Shown here: positions 1-11,278 of the stretch, in pieces
Layout: each line of letters starts with the position of its first letter
Position numbering within the stretch: position 1 is the first letter of the stretch
Source of the DNA: Octopus sinensis
Taxonomy: Eukaryota
Direction: 5' to 3'
NCBI RefSeq assembly: GCF_006345805.1
Contig: NC_042998.1
Location: 89,900,001-89,964,000 of the forward strand
DNA: 64,000 nt
Notes under the pieces: model-generated
Database searches by the model: none
What the model saw: only the letters and a program-made list of their open reading frames with translations
Told to the model about the DNA's origin: nothing
Program-made: the position numbers and the translations under genes

Positions 1-193
1 TAATGAAGCATATTACTCTACCTCCAGTATTTGAGTACTATTTTCTCCCATCTTGTTTCACATTTATGTGCTTACTTTGATGTGTATATATATATATAAA
101 TTTACACACTCACACACACACACATTATATACATACATACATGCATACATGCATACATACATGCATACATACATACATACATACATACATACA

Positions 194-225
<32 letters not shown>

Positions 226-494
226 CATACCTACATATATAAGCCGCCCTATCGGGCGGCTTTTGAGCTAGCTCCTGTGGAGGCCTCTTCATTGGGCCTT
301 GAGCCCAATAATGACACTTCATGTATTGATTACATATTAAATTTTATTAAACTTGACCTATATTTTTCAAGCAATTAACAATTTTCGTCAAAACAATGAT
401 ATATTATGTCGACTTGGAACTTATTGCAGAGCTTCATGATAAACAGCATTTTTTGTCTTCCCGTTCAGGGATCATTACACTTTTTGTTTCTAAC

Positions 495-533
495 TCCCTC
501 TCTCTATCTCGCTCTCTCTATCTCGCTCTCTCT

Positions 534-598
<65 letters not shown>
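495..598. repeat. (CT)n microsatellite
   Basis: Direct reading. Confidence 0.95.
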
Positions 599-602
<4 letters not shown>

Positions 603-1304
603 GTTGATTGTTTTCAACCATCACCATCACCAGTACCACCATAGCTGCTATACACACACTATTCAAACTTCTGACGCCACCACCATCAACACCTTTGACT
701 TCGCCGCCTTCCTCTCCACCATTATCACCACTGTCTTTCACATCCCTTACTGTCACCGTCATGCTTGACAGCCTCAGCTACCACCACCACCATCAACACC
801 ATCGCCTCCGTCTTTACCACAACTACAGCTCATACTATTACTATCACCCCATTACCATTTCAATTGTCAATCTACTACCACCCTCACCGTCTCTATTCCT
901 ACTGTTACTCTCACCCCAGCAAGTGGAGTAGAAGTGTCATTGAATAGTGAGAGAGGAGGTCAAAGTGTGACACACTGACACACATTCATATATGTCTTCT
1001 TGGTAATTCCTCTGTAGCAGAGATGAATTACCAAGAAGACATATATGGATTTCAAGGTTCTCATACTAAAGTACATACAAATTTTACATTTCTAAAATAA
1101 CTATATCAACTATATTTGGAATACAAGACAATATAACAGATTTTATATATGAATATTATGGATTATTGCAGAAGACTAACCAAGGAAGTATATATGGATT
1201 TAAAGACTCTCATCAAAAGCAGTAATTTTTAATTTTTAATTTATCTTTCAAACAAACACTATTTTATAGTATTACTTCAAGTTTTAAAAAACTATCATTC
1301 GATA

Positions 1305-1817
1305 TCTATATATATAAAACTGTAGTTGTGTGAGTGTCTGTCCCCTTCGATTTAGATTCCTAACTACTCCCACATTTTGCGGTGCAGTTTAACCAAATTC
1401 GGGTATCTTATAGTCGTGATTCATATCGAGCCCGTCTGAGTATTAGCGCGCGTCTACGATGAGTCTACGATTTAAAAAATAATTTAACATCATTTTTTAT
1501 TCCATTTTAATGCATAATTTTTCGTGTGTCGATGGCGGCGGAGTTGGCGTCCATGGTCACTCCTGCACCTGTTTGCTTCTCCCCCTTCTTCCCTCCTTCG
1601 TGGAGCTATGGGGAAGGGAGTGTAAGGAAATCAACGTCGTAAAGCGTTGTCAAGGAGACCAGCGTTCTTTTAGAACAACGACTTCATGGCTTGAAGACAC
1701 CAAAACAGAAATGGCTAAGAAAGCCCGAATTGGCATCTATAAGGGAAGTAACTCTCTAAAAATGCTTATATAGTTATTTCCCTTACAGACCCGAGCAACA
1801 CCGGGCGATACTGCTAG
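1305..1817 (+). mobile_element. Non-autonomous Helitron
   Basis: 5' TC (A|TCTATATATATAAAAC), subterminal hairpin CCCG-agcaacac-CGGG at 1790-1805, 3' CTAG followed by T; A|T insertion site with no TSD. Confidence 0.75.
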
Positions 1818-2116
1818 TGTTATATAAGATTCAAATTTTATATCTATGAAGAGCAGAAGTGTTGTCTATAAATGCTTATCAATATAGGATTTCAAAATAA
1901 GGACAACACTTCTGTGAAACGATCGTAAGAGGCTTTAAATACTTAATTCGAAACTTTTAAACTGTCATATACATTATAGATTTATACTTATACATATTTA
2001 CATATTTATATTTATTTATTTATATATTTTAAATACAACAATTATTTTTCACACGTGTATATCTTTCTGAGGAGTTTTATGATATTGATTTGCTAATATT
2101 AATAATAATATATTAT

Positions 2117-2182
<66 letters not shown>

Positions 2183-2304
2183 CGCTCGTATTAAATATAT
2201 AAATACTTTAATAGTATTGATACTTTGATACAATAGACCACTCAATATAAATTCAGTATATAATATTCTCATTGAATATATTTAACTAAAGATTTATATA
2301 CATA

Positions 2305-2609
2305 GGCGCAGGAGTGGCTGTGTGGTAAGTAGCTTGCTTACGAACCATATGGTTCCGGGTTCAGTCCCACTGAGTGGCACCTTGGACAAGTGTCTTCTTC
2401 TATAGCCTCGGGCCGACCAAAGCCTTGTGAGTGGATTTGGTAGACGGAAACTGAAAGAAGCCCGTCGTATATATGTATATACATGTGTGTGTGTGTGTTT
2501 GTCCCGCCAACATCACTTGACAACCGATGCTGGTGTATTTACGTCCCCGTAACTTAGCGGTTCGGCAAAAGAGATCGATAGAATAAGTACTAGGCTTACA
2601 AAGAATAAG
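2305..2609 (+). mobile_element. tRNA-derived SINE (Octopus OK-like family), 3'-truncated
   Basis: GGCGCAGGAGTGGCTGTGTGGTAAG...GGTTCAGTCCC head with A/B-box-like motifs; highly similar to the copies at 28261 and 30354. Confidence 0.85.
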
Positions 2610-2660
2610 AGTGGTCTATATATATATAATATATATATATGCATTTATGGGTACAGGACG

Positions 2661-2772
<112 letters not shown>

Positions 2773-3243
2773 TATATATATATATAGTACATATAGTTTC
2801 TCACGTTGAGGAGCGGACGTAGTATATGAGGAATGTATATCTGAGATATAGACTTTTTTTTTTCTTCCTTTTAGTTATCTAGATTTTACATCAAATCTTG
2901 TTTGGCTAAATATTTGATTCAGGATGGTTCAGGAATGCTCTAAGACTAGGAGAAGAAGAGGGAGAAAAAGCGCAAAAAAACCCCCAACAAAGTAAAGCAA
3001 TAACCGACAAAAACAAATGGGACCACGTTTCAACTTAGGTGGAAAATCAATTTTAACTGACCTCAGCTAAACACCGTCACAAGAGTTTATCTACAACATA
3101 TTACTCACATGGGCAATGGGGGTGTTCAGAAATTATACACACGGTTTGTGACATCTCAGATGTTTATAATGTCAGGAGAAGGTTAATACTGTCAGTCAGT
3201 CTTCTCTCGCTCACTTATTCTCTCTATCTCTCTCTTTCTTTCC

Positions 3244-3286
<43 letters not shown>

Positions 3287-3474
3287 TTTCTATCTCTCTC
3301 CCTCCCTCATTCATACACTCATTCATTAAATCTTATGAATGCATGTTTATTTTATACATTCCCGCATGAAGCGATGTTTACTGACAATGTAGTTTATGTT
3401 TATCTCATCAAGCATGATGTTCATCGACAAAAAACTTCCTATGCGCAACATACATACATACATACATACATACA

Positions 3475-3505
<31 letters not shown>

Positions 3506-3760
3506 GAGTGCCAGTTTGTGTGTGTGTGTGTGCATATGTGTATGTTTATATATATTTATGTAAATGTATAAACGTCTATATATTCCACCTGCGCATACAC
3601 AAGCTTATACACACAAGGTATCTTCTCTTTACGCAAAATCAAAATACCTGATGATGCACATATCGGTTTATATAATGTATAAAATAAGATATATATTATA
3701 TTGTGTGTGCGTGTGTGTGTATGTGTGTGTGCGCGCGTATACATATATATACATATCTGT

Positions 3761-3812
<52 letters not shown>

Positions 3813-3847
3813 GTATATGTATATATATATGTGTGTGTGTATGTGTG

Positions 3848-3915
<68 letters not shown>

Positions 3916-5311
3916 TAGATATAATTATGAACTGTGAAGGTGTATTGCGCGTTGGGTTCACAAACATGAGATAGTAAGTTCGAACTTTTCCCACATCAGA
4001 TTGAACGGGTGGCTGTATGTCTACATTAAAGATTATTTTGAATTGAAATTGTGGAACAAAAATGTCTTGCAGTATTTATTCCAGTGTGTCACGTTTTGAT
4101 TTCAAATCCGGTCGAGGTCACTTTACTTTTCATCCCTCTGGGCCAATAAAATACAGAAACAGTTTAGTACTATAATCGATGTAATCGACTAATCCATTCC
4201 CTCAAAATTGCTGCCCTATTTATTTAGTTAACTTAGTTGTGTACAAGAAATATTACATAAAAGAAATGTCTTGCAATATCCACCGTTTTAATTCCAATCT
4301 TACTGAGAATGGCTTTGCCAGACATCCTACCGGGGTCGAAAAACAAGAGCCACATATATACTGAAGTTTATTTAATCGACTATTCCACCTTTCCCCCTAT
4401 AAATCTAAGGCCCCACTCAGTGATGGCAACGGCAAGATTGAGGTCTTGAACACAAAGATATAATACACGTTTACGTCACAAATTTATCGGAAAGGGCAAA
4501 AAAGGACTTAGATATTTTTGCTTGTGACATTATTCTTACTTCTAGAATTCATCGTCTGACTTGGAAGTACATGATAAGATCTAGATTTCAAGGTTATTGG
4601 TATGAATTATTCACTTAGGTTAAAGCAACGTGTTATTTCAGTCTGCCTTATAATGTTTTCCCGTCTCTTAAATATATGTCATGCTACTTGTGTAAAGTTC
4701 TAGACTCTCAATGTGGTTATATTTATTGAAGAATTTATAAAGCTAAAAGCTGAATTAATAGAAGATATAAATAATATTAATAAAGGACAGAATTAACACT
4801 TTGGCAACTTTAATAGTTGAATATTGCACCAGTAGAATACTATTTATCTTCATTTATAGCTTGGATTGTATAGTAAATGTATATTCATTGTCCTTTGTAC
4901 GATCCATAGAGGTTGTGATGATGGTAAGCCGACGACAGGCTGTTGATACAGTAGCTCCAGTTCTATGAGGCTTCTGAACTTGTGTAGATAAACAGATTGG
5001 TTAGTTCTTTCTCTGGTATTGGTCAAATGATGTAGATACTTCTGATGAGAGCCCAATACGATTCAAAAATCGATTAAGGCAGTTCTTCGATCTTTTTTTA
5101 TAATCTACGGAGAAAAAAATTAAATTTGCTGTGTTTGTATGTCTCCTTAGTAACGTAAATTTGTTTGTGTGTGTGTATAAAAATTAAAATCTCATGACAT
5201 AATTTCTTATTCCCTTTCTCATTACTGTTCTGTATTTGATGAATACTTTGTTCTAAAGTATATTTATGTTGAGTACTAACACCAGGTTATTATTATCGCT
5301 ATGCCTAAGCC

Positions 5312-5371
<60 letters not shown>

Positions 5372-5849
5372 TATATGTAATATGTGTATATATATACATA
5401 CATACATATATATATATACATACATACATATATATATATGCCTCTTTGATTCTTTGGTCTCCTCTTCCCCCACTCTCTCACATTTCTCTGCCTTTCTCAC
5501 TTTGCACCTCACTGACCCTGCCTTTCTTTTGTCCCTCCAATCCTAGGCACTCTCTCTTGCCGTAAGGCATTATTTTTCAAACACGCCAGCTAAGTTGAAC
5601 TGTCTAAAGTCGAAAGACGCCTGTTGTTTTTGTCCTGTTATTATTATTATTATTATTATTATTATATTATTATTATTATTATTATTGTTTTTTGTATTTA
5701 TATTCGTATTACTTTTTGTTTTTTATATTTATATTCGTGTGGCATCGTCCGTTTTTCTGTCCTTGTTTCGTATACATTCGATCCTTTTTCCAAGAAATCT
5801 AATTCTCGTAGCTTAGTTTTTCCTTGGGGCTGGCCGGATTGAAGCGATC

Positions 5850-5985
5850 TCAAGATTAATCAGCCGAAATTGCGAGGATGATCCGGTTCTAGACTGAAGA
5901 TTAGAGGCTTCGAATGACCCGTCTGTTTTTTGTGTCGTCTATTTGAATGTTTTGCGTTCTTGTCCCATTTTATATTTTTATATAT
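5850..5985 (+). repeat. Dispersed ~135-bp repeat; second copy at 63509-63645
   Basis: tcaagattaatcagccgaaattgcgaggatgatccggttct...ttgcgttcttgtcccatttt, about 90% identical between copies. Confidence 0.85.
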
Positions 5986-6225
5986 ATTTTTTTATACATA
6001 TATATATATAAACCTGGGTGTTTTCTTCTATCTTTCGAATCTCTCCCGCATGCCCTTTAATATTTCAGTGTTTAAATATATGCTTCATGAGCAACAAAAT
6101 ATACAACTAACCAGTTATTAACAAAAAAGTAACAAAACATAAATTCTTTAACCACCATTGAAATAAACAGATGCTGCTGAATTATTTTCTGGTGTTATTT
6201 GCACTGTAATTTCTTTGTATCTTAG

Positions 6226-6357
6226 ACGTCACGTTTGTCAAAAACAGAGGGTGGTCCAATCACCAATTCGAGAGCAAGAAACCATTTCACATCCCATATA
6301 TCAGCGAGTTATGAGACCATGTAGATCATCTGTGACTGGATATTGCTCCACATTAAA
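6226..6357 (+). CDS. EGFL7: EGFL7/EGFL8-like protein, EMI domain exon A (RHVCQKQRVVQSPIREQETISHPIYQRVMRPCRSSVTGYCSTLK)
   Basis: Acceptor ttctttgtatcttAG|, donor AA|GTAAGC, 132 nt, phase 2-2. Translation has the EMI N-half Cys pattern (HVC...P.YQ...C...CST) as in EGFL7. The EGFL7 vs EGFL8 paralogue cannot be distinguished for an invertebrate. Confidence 0.9.
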
Positions 6358-6442
6358 GTAAGCCTGAATTTTGCTTATTCATCGATTATCTCTGTCACCA
6401 TAGGAGGCTGCACATTGTTAATACTGTTGTTAATATTTTCAG

Positions 6443-6502
6443 GTCGACTCGATGGAACAGACCTAGGTTTGGGGCCTGTGAAGACGGTTGTAACGTTAAA
6501 AA
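6443..6502 (+). CDS. Candidate optional 60-nt cassette exon (STRWNRPRFGACEDGCNVKK)
   Basis: Acceptor taatattttcAG|G, donor AA|GTATTT (weak). Phase 2-2 and stop-free in the gene frame; preceded by an 85-nt GT-AG intron. Confidence 0.4.
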
Positions 6503-6709
6503 GTATTTGATACATCATCAAAGAAAGTCGAAAATAATAAATATTTTTAAAACATACATAAGATATACATATTATACAGCATACAACAAAGTATGATGTG
6601 AAGATGTTAGAAAATGCGTATTATGTTTTAAAGGGATTCGAATAAAACAAAAAGAAATGCAATAAAAGAAAATACATAGATTATAAAAAATATATGCAAT
6701 GGAGGAATA

Positions 6710-7582
6710 CGAAGTATGAACAATAAGTATCCGGATTGTTACCATAGCAACGAAGCTAAAGTACGCAAAGTGAAGCCGCTTGGCAAAGATTGACCTTGAA
6801 CTCTGTTGTACGTACGCACTAAGTTCTAACGTTCTAGCTCACTTCCGCTGTTAACGTGTGTAGCGTGTGATCGTCACATTGACCATGACAGAGAAAGTTG
6901 TCATAGCGATACCTGTTCAGCGGCCGACGCAAGGTTGCAGAAAGTGTATGGAAAGGAGATTCTGAGCGGCACACAAGTGTACGAGTGATTCAGACGTTTC
7001 CAAGGTGGTTGAAAAATGTCGATATTGACGAACGTTCTGGGATACCCGCAACCAGCAGAACTGAGAAAAATACCGCAGATGTGCGTGCAGCTGTGAGGGG
7101 AAATCGTCGAATGACCATCCGTGAATTATCAGAGAATGTGTAGATTAGTTACGGTTCAGTTCAGTCCATTATCACTGAAGATTTGGGTATGAGACCGTGT
7201 CTGCCAAGTTTGTGCCAAGATTGCTTTCAGCTGACCAAAAAGACACTCGGGTTTCAGTTGCACAAGATCTCCTTGATTGCGTCGAGAATGATGAAAACCT
7301 TTTGAAAACTTTGCGTAGGCCTTTGAGCAAGTATCGCCAAGCGTTTGGCAAAATTTGATGCAGATGCTCTACTCAACTTTCTGTCATGGTCAATGCGACG
7401 ATCACACGCTACACGCCTTCGTTCCAAGCCCTTCTGTAAACAGCGGAAGTGAGCTAGAACGTTAAAACTTAATGCACATGCATAGGAGAGATCAAAGTCA
7501 ATCTGTGCTAAGCGGATTTTACTCTGCGTGCTTTAGTTTTGTTATTGTGGCAACAGGTCGGATACTTATTGATCAGACCACG
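6710..7582 (+). mobile_element. Mariner (Tc1/mariner) fold-back deletion derivative
   Basis: TA flanks (6708-09, 7583-84); long imperfect inverted arms of roughly 200 bp; internal decayed transposase N-terminus (…RMTIRELSE…ISYGSVQSIITEDLGMR…AKFVPRLLSADQK). Confidence 0.85.
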
Positions 7583-7877
7583 TAACAGATATTGACCTAG
7601 ATTTAGATACAATGGCATATCAAATGCTGTTAAACGTTACAACCGTCTTCGCTAGCCCCAAACCTCTACATGGTTGCTATATATTCTAGAAATAATTGAG
7701 ACATTTCCGTCATGTGAAAACCTTTCGATTTAAAAATGGGAAAACATTGGTAATATCGTCGTTCAGGTTTGATTATAGATTTAATCCATTTTTTACTTAA
7801 CACTACTATCAAATCTTTGGAGATCACTCAATAAGGAGTATATTTCGTTGTTTAAATGTCACCTTCCTTTTCTTCAG

Positions 7878-7996
7878 GGTTGTTCAACAAAAAATTGTCC
7901 GTTACGTCATACGATTTCAAGCAGAACATCAAGTGATGTACACGTGTTGTCCCGGATGGAGTCAGCATTCTCAAAGAGAAAATGCATGTCTCAAAC
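7878..7996 (+). CDS. EGFL7: EGFL7-like EMI domain exon B (VVQQKIVRYVIRFQAEHQVMYTCCPGWSQHSQRENACLK)
   Basis: Acceptor ccttccttttcttcAG|, donor C|GTAAGT, 119 nt, phase 2-1; hallmark EMI motif YxCCPGW...C. Confidence 0.93.
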
Positions 7997-8056
7997 GTAA
8001 GTAGGTTAATCATTTGTTGCGCGCGCGCGCGTGTGCGTGCGTGCGTATGTGTGTGA

Positions 8057-8200
8057 GGGCACGTGGCTTAGTGGTTAGAGTATTCGGCTCACAATCGTAA
8101 TGACATGAGTTCAATTCCCGGCGACGCGTTGTGTCCTTGAGCAAGACACTTTATATTCAAACAGCTGGCAAAAGCGAGTTGTACCTGTATTTCAAAGTTC
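8057..8200 (+). mobile_element. Truncated tRNA-derived SINE
   Basis: GGCTTAGTGGTTAGAG...GAGTTCAATTCCC head; shares TTGTACCTGTATTTCAAAG with the 20369 family. Confidence 0.6.
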
Positions 8201-8510
8201 GGTATGTTGCCACTGATGATCGGGAAAGAACTATCCAAATTATTTTATAAATTCTCGCTTAGTCTATTTCTAGCAGACTGGTGTTGTAATCATTCAACAC
8301 CCTTATTATAATTTATATGTATATATCTGTAAAATAATATGACAATTATTCAATAGCCAAGATAAAACTCTGTGTTTCGGATGCCGAGGTGGAAAAAACT
8401 CAAAGTTTTATCTTGGCTATTGAATAATTGTCACATTATTTTACAGATAAATTTCCTCTATTTACATAATTTTAGGTCTCTTTCTTTCTTTTGTTATCTT
8501 ACCGTTTTTA

Positions 8511-8568
<58 letters not shown>

Positions 8569-8721
8569 TGTATGTATGTATGTATGTATATATTATAAGC
8601 AGTTCAATATATGTCCAGTCATTGAGTGACGAATGATTTCGCATCCATAAGACGCTTACCCTATGGACTACTTGCCAAACCCTAATGATGGAGGACATAT
8701 ACTTCTTCAAACTGGAGATAG

Positions 8722-9065
8722 AAATCCGTAACGGTCTGTTAATTAGTAAACAAAAAGTAAAGTTTATGGTTCGGCGTGAGTGAGTTATCTCCCTTGACCA
8801 GTTTAGCGCTGCAGTCTATGTGGGCTACAGTGGCGAATGAGGAATCTCTGCAAACGCTGCCTGCTGCAAGCATGGGATTCCTCGTTCATTGATTAGAACA
8901 AGAAAAGTTCTTACTGGATAGAAGCAACCTAAGGGTGAAGGTTCCCCATTCGCCACTTTAGCTCATATGGACTGCAATCTAAACTGGTCTAAGGAAAATA
9001 ACTTTACTCTTGCCGACTCACAAAGTTTATTCTTTGTTTACTAATTAACTAACCGTAACGGATTT
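8722..9065. mobile_element. Palindromic MITE-like element
   Basis: Arms of ~125 bp (8722-8850 vs 8938-9065) are imperfect reverse complements beginning AAATCCGT(A/T)ACGG; TA dinucleotides lie just outside. Confidence 0.7.
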
Positions 9066-9080
9066 ATACCGCCGCCATTA

Positions 9081-9140
9081 GGGTCTGACGAGTCGTTCAT
9101 AGGGTTAAACGCTTTATGGATGCAAAACCATTGGTCACTC
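9081..9140 (+). ncRNA. Type I hammerhead ribozyme-like motif, G12A core variant
   Basis: GGGT-CTGACGA-[stem II]-AAAAC-CATTG-GTC-ACTC; stems I, II and III can all pair. Confidence 0.55.
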
Positions 9141-9211
9141 TATGACCGGACATATACGTAACTGCTTATAATATATTACTGCTCTATATTTTTGAGTCTG
9201 CTTCTTTTCCG

Positions 9212-9245
<34 letters not shown>

Positions 9246-9254
9246 ATATATATA

Positions 9255-9307
<53 letters not shown>

Positions 9308-9478
9308 CAAATTGAGATAGGGGTTGTAAATGCAACCCTCTATGGGATAACATATATCCAATATACTGCTAGTGAAGTACCCAACAAAGTTAATACATAA
9401 ATGTTAATGATTGCGATGCAATCAATTCATTTACTGTATTATATGGGCAAAGGTAAAATGATTTACCACAAATTACTA

Positions 9479-10681
9479 ATACAAGATAAGAAAATGGAGA
9501 AATACATCTAAATCAAATATCAATTACCAGATAATACTCAATCACATACTTTATTAAACCACAACATAAGAGACTGTAGGGTTAAATGTGCGTGTGAGTG
9601 TGTGTGTTAGTGTTAGACACTGCTGCCTGTACTGATATGTCTATAAGCCATGCGATGACAGACATGCACTCTCCAATTTATTGTAGAGATGTGTCGGGAA
9701 GTATTCATGTGTGTGTGAGTTTCTGTGTGGATGTATGGGTTTAGGGTTAGATGTGGATGTGTATGTTTTGCTTGTACGGTGTGGTGGAGGTCGGGCGGTT
9801 CTCAATTGACCAACCGTGAGGAAGATAATGATAATTTTAAATTCAAATCCAATAGTGTATTTATGTCATGAGGAAAATTATTAACTGGAACACGGACATA
9901 CATATATTCCGCTCTGGATCATAATGTAAGAGTTATTAATAATATTATGAATGATAATAATGATAACATTAATGGTATTGACAACGATATTGATGCTAAC
10001 TTTAATGACACTTTAGAAATTATTATGAAGTAATATAATGTACTATTGACTATGTATATTTGCATCTAGGTATTAATTTGTGTATGTTTATTATCACAAT
10101 ATTACGTCGAAAAACTGAGACATTGAGTGTGGAACAGATATATATGTTTACTAATTTATATTATTTATTTATATCATTATGTAAATGTATATTTTTATAT
10201 GTATAGGAGTGTGAGTATATGTGCACTCATATGTATATATATATGTTGGATTGTGGGTACGCACCCACACCCATGTGGGTATATATGTAGACATAGTTAT
10301 ATTACATAATCTCCGAAGAGGCCTTGTGATATTTTTGTAAATGTCTCATTTATATCTATATATTGACCAACCATAAAGGGCTAATATTGGTAAAATGAGA
10401 CATACTTATCGACATGGCCGAAACAGCTGTAAGATCTAATTTATACTTATATTTATATTTACTTGTATTTATATTCTCTTTTATATATATTCTACTTATT
10501 ATACAACATTACTCTTTTATGTACACTTTTTTATGTACATTCCTTTATGTACACTGATTTGTTCTGCTTTTTATATTTAACCCTACAGTCTCTTATGTGG
10601 TGGTTTAATAAAGTATGTGATTGAGTATTATCTGGTAATTGATATTTGATTTAGATGTATTTCTCCATTTTTATCTTGTAT
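9479..10681. mobile_element. Non-coding element with ~108-bp terminal inverted repeats containing a hammerhead motif (Penelope-derived?)
   Basis: 9479-9587 is the reverse complement of 10575-10681 apart from one substitution and a 2-nt indel. Confidence 0.7.
10309..10435 (+). ncRNA. Penelope-type minimal hammerhead motif, U4C core variant
   Basis: ATCT-CCGAAGA-GGCC...GGCC-GAAA-CAGCTG-TA-AGAT; palindromic stem III. Confidence 0.55.
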
Positions 10682-10701
10682 ATATATATATATATATACA
10701 T

Positions 10702-10741
<40 letters not shown>

Positions 10742-10934
10742 CAGCGTTCGCTACCTTACCTCGTCTGGCCTAACGGCCCTCCATGTTTGTTTTCGTTTGG
10801 TTTGTTGTATGTCTCCACTGTCCTGGTTTTGTAACTAAGATCATCTGCAAATCCTAAATTTTATTTTGGTTCGCGGGAGCAACTGCCTTCGAATTTCATG
10901 TTGCTTATGTTTTGTAACGTCCTGTACCCATATA

Positions 10935-10982
<48 letters not shown>

Positions 10983-11278
10983 GAAGTTGCAAAATACCGC
11001 ACGAGTGAAAATATATATGAAAGGTTTGAAAATGCAATTTTAAAAAGTGTTTATTCACTTGACCGGTTTCACTTTTTTAGAAAAAGAATATCAAAAGTAA
11101 AATGTAAAAGTTTTGTAAAAACTTTGTTGTGTTAAGTACTGGTTGTCACAAAATATTACAATACATATATACATTATTTGATAAAGGAAAAATCTTGAGA
11201 AAATATTAAAAAGCTCATAGAAAATATTAGGATTTCATTAAAAATCATGTTTGTTTAGAAGTATCTATATTATTTTTA

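Noticed and set aside
241-266. Rho-independent terminator-like hairpin + T run
   Set aside because: The context is eukaryotic; a Helitron 3' end is the more parsimonious reading.
4860-4923. AG/GT-bounded 64-nt segment (donor GTAAGC) as the missing signal-peptide exon
   Set aside because: Exon A needs a phase-2 donor; in that phase the segment has stops and would create TG|A. It could still be a UTR exon.
6171-6225. Signal-peptide-like MLLNYFLVLFAL immediately upstream of exon A
   Set aside because: Joining it needs a 20-nt intron (6206-6225), too short for the spliceosome; it is more likely the hydrophobic translation of the pyrimidine tract.
9737-9750. Telomere-like GGGTTTAGGGTTAG
   Set aside because: Only two units; expected by chance in TG-rich sequence.
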